Positions 45,001 through 54,000 of a DNA stretch of 54,159 bases are shown piece after piece (the first letter of the stretch is position 1; each line of letters begins with the position of its first letter). The notes beneath the pieces were generated by a model. The model ran no database searches. It was not told where the DNA came from and was given only the letters and a program-made list of their open reading frames with translations. Source of the DNA: Candidatus Omnitrophota bacterium (GTDB lineage Bacteria; Omnitrophota; Gorgyraeia; Gygaellales; Profunditerraquicolaceae); assembly GCA_028716245.1 (NCBI GenBank), contig JAQUQW010000006.1:1-54159 (forward strand), given 5' to 3'. The translations under genes and the position numbers were made by a program.

Positions 45001-48000
45001 GAAGCGTGGCCCCTTGATAGACCTTATAGAAAACCTTATTTATATCTTCCCATGTTTCTTTAACTACCACGCCTTCATTTATGCCGGTAACTCGGCTTAC
45101 CATCCCCTGCGTATCCTCTTCTCCTGAATAGTGGCTTTGAAGTTGCTGCGCTGCAGTGGGTGCCTTCCCAACGCTGGACTTTATCAATGTATTCGGCTGC
45201 TGCTCATAACTTGTGCCATTTTTAATGATTATATCTGCCCCCGTAGAAAAGACGGGATTACCGAAAGAATTCTTTTGTGAAGGAGTAAGAGAATTATAAG
45301 TTTCGGGGGTAAAATATCTGATTTTATCCTGCTGCGTCTGGTTATTTTTCCACCATATAGCCATTCCGCTCTCGCTGCTTTCAACCAGATTTACAAACTT
45401 CCAGGTATCTGTTTCATTAAGAGTAATATTCCATTTCGAGCCCGCAGCCTTTTCTTTTGCCGCTTCAAAAGGAGTCAATTCGTTAGACGAGATGTTAGGA
45501 ACTATTTCCGTAGTATTTTCTGCTATATCTTGCTGGTGCATTTCATTAGATATTACATCATTTCCTGCGTTCGAGTTTTGATCGATAGCGTTATAAGAAT
45601 CCAGGTTAACCGCATCATCTTGATGTACATCGGCTGGATGGGCAAGAACTGGGGTGACAAACCAAGCGGCAGAGACAGATAAAATAGTAAACATGGCAAA
45701 TTTCGCATTTAGGTTATTTTGATTATTTTTTTCTTTTCTCTTTCTCTTGTACTCATCATGCTCATGTCTTATATCCCATACCTCTTCTCTATATAAAATA
45801 TTTCTTATTTCTTTTTCAGATTTAATTAAAAGGCTCACGTAGAATTTGTCTGATACAGTGATTTCGGGCGGGATCTTATATTCTTCTTCCATAAACTTGA
45901 CTTTTGAAACCATCGTTTTAGGCAAAGATTCATATATCTGCTTGCGATATGCATTGATTAATTTCCTGATGTTTTCCGGGCGTTTTAAAACAAGTATCGA
46001 TACATCAGATAAACCGGTATCTTCTAATATCTGCCGAGCGGCCTTTTCTGTCTTAATCCGCAGTAAATCTTTGGTGAATTCCATCTTCACCTGTTCCGAA
46101 TCTGCGAATAATTTCCATTCGCCATTTTGCAGCCGAATGATAATTACCATAATCATAATTACGGCTGTAATCACAAAGAAACTCCAAACATCATTCATCG
46201 CCACCCCTTCTGCCGCCAGGGCTGGGGTGGCCGTAAGCAGCAGACCGAAGATAACTATGCCCGCGGTTTTCATCATGGGATAGAAAATAACAAAAATATT
46301 GCCATTGACAAATTTAATGGTATATGCTAATTTATTTTTGATGGAAGAAGATGTGTTTTGGACAGATTCACGCAGACAGTTAATTGCAAAAGCGTTAATA
46401 AATTTATTCCAGGCATTAGTAATTGCCTTATTTATTTCAGAAGCTTTTGCTAAAGCAACCGCTCTGTGGAAATTATTTTTTCTTTCTGCAATGCTTTCTT
46501 CTTTAATAGCGGCTATTTTTGTATGTCCAACAAAAGATCCTAAGGAGGATTGAAATGACTGCTTTAATAACTTTAACCATAATCTGCCTGGTAATCTTAA
46601 TTTGGTTTGGAATTGATCAATATCGCCACAAGCACGTTCACTAGACACCGGCCCCGCCCTAAGCAACCCGCCGTCCTTAATCATAATATCTCTATATATT
46701 GATCCGCCATCGCGCTTTAAGAAAGCATCTTCTCCCGCCTTAATTTCTTTCGATTCCATCTTCCCTGAATTATTCTCTTCGGGATTGCCAAATAATGACT
46801 TATAAAGATTAATTCGAGGCCCAAATACTCCTGAAAGCTTCCAGCTAATAAATATAATTATTATTACCGATGGAATTGTAAGTAATCCCCAATAAGGATC
46901 CGAGATATCATATGGTATAACTTTTAATATCGAACTCCAGAAGATCGTTGTTCCCACAGAAAAATCAGCGACGATAGGTCTTTCAAGAAACAAAAGCCCA
47001 AGGATATCCTTTAGCATATACACAAGGGTAAATATGAAACTGCCGATTCCGATCCCCGCAAGAAACATTCTTTTCATATTAAATTTTTTAATTACTAAAC
47101 GTATTAAATAAAAACTTATTGTTAAATCTAATATATTGGGCACAAAATTACTCAATAATTCACTAATCTCCCGCGGAAGATAGACCTGGTGTCTTTGGAT
47201 ACTATAATTCGGGACAGCTAAAGGCGCTGCAAGTCCGGAAGCAAACTGTTCAGGGGCCCCGGTTTCAACAAAAGGCAAAATCTTACCTATCAATCCATAC
47301 GGATCCATAGAAGGATTCAATATTAAACCATTAAATTTATGCGCATCATATGTTAACGGTTCAAATATGGCATAATGGAGAAGTTCATGTGGCAAATGCA
47401 TTATTGCAATCACTATGGGCAGAGCTGTTAAAGCCGATCCTGACAAAAGAATAATGACGCTAATTAAATCAGATACGCCTTCCTGTCTGCTGAACTTTCT
47501 GATAGAATCTCGAATTCCAGCAAAATTGAGGACGGTTCTATTTTTTCTTGCTCCCAATCTCCAATAAGAAATAATACCAATTAAAACAATGATCCCTGTA
47601 ATTCCTGCCATGATAGGAGACATAACAACTATCCCCGCCCCCCCCGCCGCCAGGGCCGGGGCAGCTAGAGCACCTTTTACCGTAGGCGCAGTGAATAATA
47701 AAAGTGAAGCAAGCGCGAGGATCCAAAGCCAGACTTTCGCGGGAACTTTCTTTATAAAATCTACTACCCTATTGCCGCCATCATTGGACTTGGTTTCTCC
47801 TCTTTCCTGCGCTAAAGGTTCTAAACGTTCTTTGAAGAATTGTGTCAATAAAACATACTTACCTTCCTCAACGGATTTTTCATCGGCAGCCTCCAATGCT
47901 TTAAGCAACTGCACTAAATCCTTCATTTTTCTATATCGTCCCACAATGCTCAAACCGTCTAACTTATATTGATTAATTGTAGTTTTAAGATTAAGCGGAT

Positions 48001-51000
48001 AATATCCTTTAGATATAAGAATTATATCTACCAGCTTACTCGCTGTGCGGCCGTTTCCATTATTATAAGGATGTATAATAATAAACTTATAAAAAGTTTC
48101 TACCAGAAGATTTTCTAATTTAGTATTGCCTTTTATCCACATCGTATTAAGCCAATCTATATATTCTTCCATACTGCGAGGAATATCTTTTGGATCAACG
48201 AGTTTTAAATTTTCTCTGGTACCTATAACCACCTTCTCTGTTCTTAAACCTAAGTAAGAAGGAGAATTTGGATTGCCTGTTTCATCTAGCTCTCTCCCGC
48301 GAGCAACGATAACTTCTTTGTGCAATTTGTTTATAATCTCTTGGCTGATTATTCTTGGGGCATCTTTACTTAGCAGGCCGCCGTCCAAAGCGCGGTTAAT
48401 CTTTTCAGCGGATCTTTCTTCCTTTAACCTTTGAAGTTCTTTTAATATCCTGCCTCTGCCGATTTTCTTAATAATCGCGCCCCTGATATCTTCCATTGAA
48501 ATCTGAAGCGGGAGCATTCGCGCATTTATCGCTTTCAGGTTAAATTCTATATCCACCGCCGCGGAAAGCAGGTTTTCTTCCGGCCCGCAAAGCATTAAAC
48601 GCGCGTCAACAATCTCTGCTCCCGCGTTTAATGCCGCCTTTAATGCGCTAAAACCTCCTGTTTCCGTATTTGTCGATGGCACGCGAGATTCAGCAGAAAA
48701 ACTATTTTTATCTAACCGATCTAACGTAAATTGCATGGGCTTAGCTATCTTGCCTTTTACATATAGAATACCTCTCCCTTTACGGCTCTTCAGGTTGTTA
48801 ATTAAACCAATAAATAATAAATTTGATATTCTGTGCCCTTGATAATCGGGAGCAACAAATAGGAATGATACTTCAAGCGCCAAAGGATTACCCCTGTCTT
48901 CATCCACATCGACAAAACCAACGGCCTGTCCTTGTTTATTGCATACAACAACAGAATTACCGCTTAGAGATATTCCTCGCTTGCGCATAAAATCAATTAC
49001 CTGAGGGTGATAGTTTAATTTACTGCCGATATCTTTAAATGCTTTTATCTCAACCTGTCTTGCCATCACGCGCAGCAGGGCTTTCTTATGGGCTTCACGA
49101 TAAGCGGGAACATCAGGATAGATATTTGCCAAAAGCGGACCGAGATGTCTATTTAATACAATGAATTTCTCTAAAGACAGGCTTTCATTTTTACCGCAAA
49201 AGATCTCTATTAACCCGGCATAGTAATCTTCGATTACGCCTTCTGCTTTGGTCATAGCATTAAGCCCTTTTATTTTTTCATTTTCAGTTTGGGCGTCAAA
49301 CACCTTCCAATGCCCTTCTAAAATCCTGCCTATAATTTCAGCGTTATTAACCTGTTTAACTATATCGGCTATATTTTTCCCGCTTAATTGCGGCCATTCG
49401 CCGGTATTAATTATCCGGGTAACGGCGGATTTGAGTTCAGTTGAGACATCTTTGGATTCGTAAAAATATTTCTTCATCACTGCTTTATATATATCTTTAT
49501 TGCCGGCGTTAATGCTAAAACTTTCCTTTATTATCCCATACGCTTTTTCTTTAATCCCCATCGCAGTTGCTATCAATATCAATTGTAGATAGAAACCAAA
49601 ATCTATTTTCTTGGCTTCTTTTATTGATAAAGGTTTTGCGATTATGCTTTTCAGGATATAAAGGTAAGTTTCTCTGATATTGGAGGTTGGGAGAGCGTAT
49701 TCGGAAACCTTCCCCGCCGGCGTAGCTACGACAAACTTCTTGCCCTCTATTATGAGGTTATTGAAAACCTCATCCCGAAGCTTAAGCTGTTCAGAAACCT
49801 CCTGTAATAACATCGAGTTACTTTCTTTACCCACAAAATATTTAAATAACATATTCGATTCTCTCGATATCTCTGTAGTAACTTCTGGGGGATAAATCTC
49901 TTTGCGCCTATTAGCTTCCGCGATTACTTTTTCATATAAAATATATTGTTTACGGATGGCGTTCCTGAATTCCCTTACCTTTTTTGCCCTTGCGAAATCT
50001 TTTAATGAATATTTCAATGTCATTACTGTGTCTTGAAATGTCCCAACGGCGGCTGCTGCGCCCTGCACATTTTCGGATTTTTTGAGATGCCCCAACTTTT
50101 CCTCCAGCCCCCGGATCTCTTCCGCGTTAATGATTACTCTTAATGAATCTATTCCTCGTGATATTATGTTAAAAGTTTCTTGGGGATAAGCCCTCCCCTC
50201 TTCTCCGGCTTCCTCAAGCGCTTCTTTGAATAAATCATATTTTTCAGAAAATCCTTTTTCAATATTTTCATATCTTCCGTCATTGAACCAGATTGACTCC
50301 CCGGTTAATTTCTTGGATGCTTGTATAAGCCTCTTTATCGGATAAAGCCTGTTTTCTTGATTCGCTTTATTTATTTCTGTTAATGCTGCATTGAAGTCAA
50401 ATTTATCTTCTAGCACTCCGCCGTCGGCGATAATCAGCTCACCTTTTGCTTCTAAATCAAAACGTACCCTAAACCTCTCTACTCCGCCAACTAGAGCTTT
50501 ATCTGCTTCTTTTAGCATTACCCTTACTTTTAAACTATCTGCTGCCTTCTCTTCAAATTTTTTATAGAACCGAACTGCTTTTTTATTGTCTTCTCTAACC
50601 CACAACAATGCCCATTTTTTCTTCTCAACATTTTTAATATGCCTTAAACCTGCTTCTAATAATTTAGTCCCGATCCCCCCATTTTTGAGTGAAACTGCTA
50701 TGTAAGGAATAAGAGAAACATTACTCAAGGCCTCTAAATCTACATCCTCTACAATTACATACCCTACATAGGCATTGTCTTTGATGGCAAACCATACTCT
50801 ACTCTGTTGCGCAAAACCTTTATCTGGCTGGCCGGTAATTAATTTCTTAATCAGTAAGTTATGATCTACGCCGTCTTCTTCGGGTAATCCTGCCAAAGCG
50901 TTGATCTGTCTAATGATTGCGACCACTTCCGCGCTATCCAGGCCTAGCTCTTTAGTCGTCTTAATAGCAATGTTACCGCCGTCAAGAGAAACTTCTCTTG

Positions 51001-54000
51001 TTATCAGTTGTTCCGGAGACCCCTTGAGGTTCTTGCTCTGGAGGAGGGAATTTCTCAAGAGGCCTCCAGGAACAACAATAGCCGGCTCGATTAAGGAGAT
51101 ACCTGCCACGGTAAGTATCCCTAATGTAAGCAGCGGCTGGGTAACAAATAAAATAGCCCCGACCAACGCTAACACAAACCAACCTGCCACGGTAGGTTGA
51201 ATAGACCTGGTTGAGCCAGGGCTAAATCTTGCTGAATTAGTTAGTTTCGACTGTATTGACCCTATAGACTGGAACGTTCTGGCGGGCGCGGCTGATACAA
51301 TACCTGATATGGTCGGCGACCGAACCGACAAGCTCTTTCCATGCATCTGCCTGGGCATTATGGGCATAGACGGAGCCTGAATCTTTAACCAGGAAGATCC
51401 TAATCTTGTTACTGCCGTGCTCACGGGCTGCGGCAAAGGTTGAGTAGTCGCTTGTGGAATCGATGATGTGGTGAATCTTAATGGCTTCGAGCTTAATGGG
51501 AGACATAGCACACCTCCTTTTAAGGTAGTGGTTAAGGTTGAAATAATAATAGCCGCGAATGCTATTCCTGTTAAATAAAGAATAGCCTGCGGCTTAGTTA
51601 AGGTGTTATGTATGGAATTTATTAGGGTTTGAGGAGCTAAAGCGGAAAGGCCAAATAGCACTGCGGCAGCTATTAAGGCATTGATAAGCTGCGCAGGCGG
51701 GCCGCGCACAAGGCGTGCGCCAAGCTTGGCCGGATAATTAACTAATCTTGTATAAAAACGGTTTAATTTACCGGCTTCTCTGCCAACATGCTCTTTAGAT
51801 TCAACATCTCCAATTGAACTATCTGTCTCATCTCCTGCAACCGGCGAATTCTGTACTGATTGTCTAACTCTGCCATTGTTTCCCTCATTTCCTGAATTTT
51901 TATTGGACTTAACATTTTTTCCTCCCGTGGCTAATTGGTTAATTGCATTTACCACAAAACGCACAATCTTAACCAATGGAGGAGCCAATGAGAAAATCGA
52001 CTTATCAATGTTTGTCTGGGATATCGGCAGTGATTTAGCTTCTTTTACTTCGGACTTGGAAATACCGCCTAAGGCTTTTCTTACGGAAGCGATTAAACTG
52101 CGGCCTGAACCAAATAGGCACCCTGCCAATTCAGCTAAAGCATCCTTTAAGTTGGCATCTTGAACCGGCAAGAAGAAAGCGTTTTCATGGCCATTTCTAT
52201 ATGGGAACCTGCCAGAATCCGGTAAGGCGTTATTGGCCCTGCGCTGCACACCCGGTAATGACAATCCGCTAATCACCCTAAATACGCTTGCCGCCATCTC
52301 AACTATACTGCTTAGGCCCGCTCGAATTGCCCCAAGCTCAATCTTTATCGCGTTTATCGCTAACCCACCGTCTGATGCGTATCTGCCTACAGAATTATTT
52401 AAGATATCGAATACGTTATTCAATATGTCAAAGGTATTCTTGGCCTTGTCTTTATTCTCTGCTACAACCGTCTGATCGCTGATGGATTCAGCTGTTTCAA
52501 CAGCATCTGCCGCTGCTCTTGCTTCCAATTCGCCTCTTACATAGGCATATTCTCTTAACGCCTCAAATGTATTGGTTAACTGAATAAGTAATACAAACAC
52601 AGCTTCAAACTGTGACACAGAAAGCCCAAATCTATTCATAAGACGATGGGCAAAGCGAAGCTCGCTTCCGCGTAAACGTCCTAATCCGCGTAATGCGATA
52701 GCGTTCATAAGCTTTTTAACAAGAGGCGCAACGATATCATCTTCGCGGCGGACAGCTTTATCACTTGAACCAAGCTGAATAAGATAATTCAGCAAATTTA
52801 TAGCCGCTTTCTGATTTTTCGTGAGGTTCTCTAAGGCGCTGGCGGAATTATTAAGGACATCTATTGCATTACGGAGATCGGTGTCATTGCGAGCGGAGCG
52901 AAGCAATCTTAATTCTAACTGATTGGCTAAACTGCGGAAGGTATTGGCAAGTTCGGCGAATATAGCTTCCGGAGGGCTAAGGCCATTGCTTATTTTGAGA
53001 ACAGAAGAAAGACCTTCCACATCCCCTATTTTTACTGTCCCGGTTGCGTCGCAAGGAGCCGCGGACGAAGCGGCAACCCCAGCAGCTGCTCCACCATGGC
53101 CCATGTCATCACCGGCTGCCTGAATACCGGTGTTTGCCGGAGCATTTGCTCCTGTTGCATCTGCATCGCTAGCCCCTGAATTGGTACTTCCCGGATTATT
53201 TCCTGCGACTGAACCTGCGCCGCCATTGCCGCCGTTATTATTATTTGCATTGCCATTGTCACCATTGTTGTTACCATTATTTGTATTACTATTGCTATTT
53301 GTATTATCGGTATTGCTATTTGCGCTATTGCTTGCACTGCTGCTTGTGCCGCTGTTGCTATTATTGTTAGCATCTATACCAGTTCCACCAACATTCTTAA
53401 TTGCTTTCTGCTCTGTTTCACTTAATAAGTTACCTTCTAATTTTTCACTCTTAATTACCCCTTCTTCTACAATCAATATAAATCCACCATTAATTATAAA
53501 TGATTCATCAAGCTTAATCTCGCCATAACCAGCAACATGGTTATCTCCATTATCTTCTGCATATCTAATTGTTGTCCCCTTAATACCATATATTTGTAAA
53601 ATGTGATACTCATCTTTCCCAGAAGGCCGCACTATACTTACTTTATCAAGATTTCTCTTAATTATACCAATGGCCTGATCCATTTTTCCCACTTTTATCG
53701 CGCTAGGCTTTTCTTGCCTTATAGATTCTGCCTCTTTGTACTCTCCTGCATTTTCGTGTTCTGTAGCAACCTCATCATAAACCTGTCTAATAGTCTGTAA
53801 ACCAGTATACAAATCCTTAACTACATATGAGCCAAACTTAGCGGCACCTACCAATTCACGAAGAAGTTTATCCGCTCTCTCCCTAACCCTAAAATTCTTA
53901 GCTATGCCAATCAAGCAATCCACCACATCCACTACCCCTGTACGCCGACGTAGCTCATCTGTACGCGCATGTGCATCAATTGCTATTTCTTTAACCTTAG

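Noticed and set aside
19171-47726. Other short minus-strand alternative-frame ORFs (19171, 19987, 37129, 42910, 47538; also 50982)
   Set aside because: They lack an SD or promoter, and most overlap conserved motifs or well-formed segments of the giant frame.
51101-51194. 13-bp direct repeat ACCTGCCACGGTA (51101 and 51182) as an insertion target duplication or terminator
   Set aside because: Both copies lie on the same side of the nested gene and encode TVAG in TM segments. The nearby hairpin is weak and has a poor U-tract.
53032-53528. ORFs 53032..53373 (-) and 53130..53528 (+) as small hydrophobic proteins
   Set aside because: They are alternative-frame readings of the low-complexity Asn/Ser/Gly linker.
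12-53800. The many 60-150-aa plus-strand ORFs in the supplied track
   Set aside because: They are S/L/F/I-rich antisense shadows of the K/E/I-rich giant frame, with no motifs or expression signals. Only 46299..46553, trimmed to start at 46341, has independent support.
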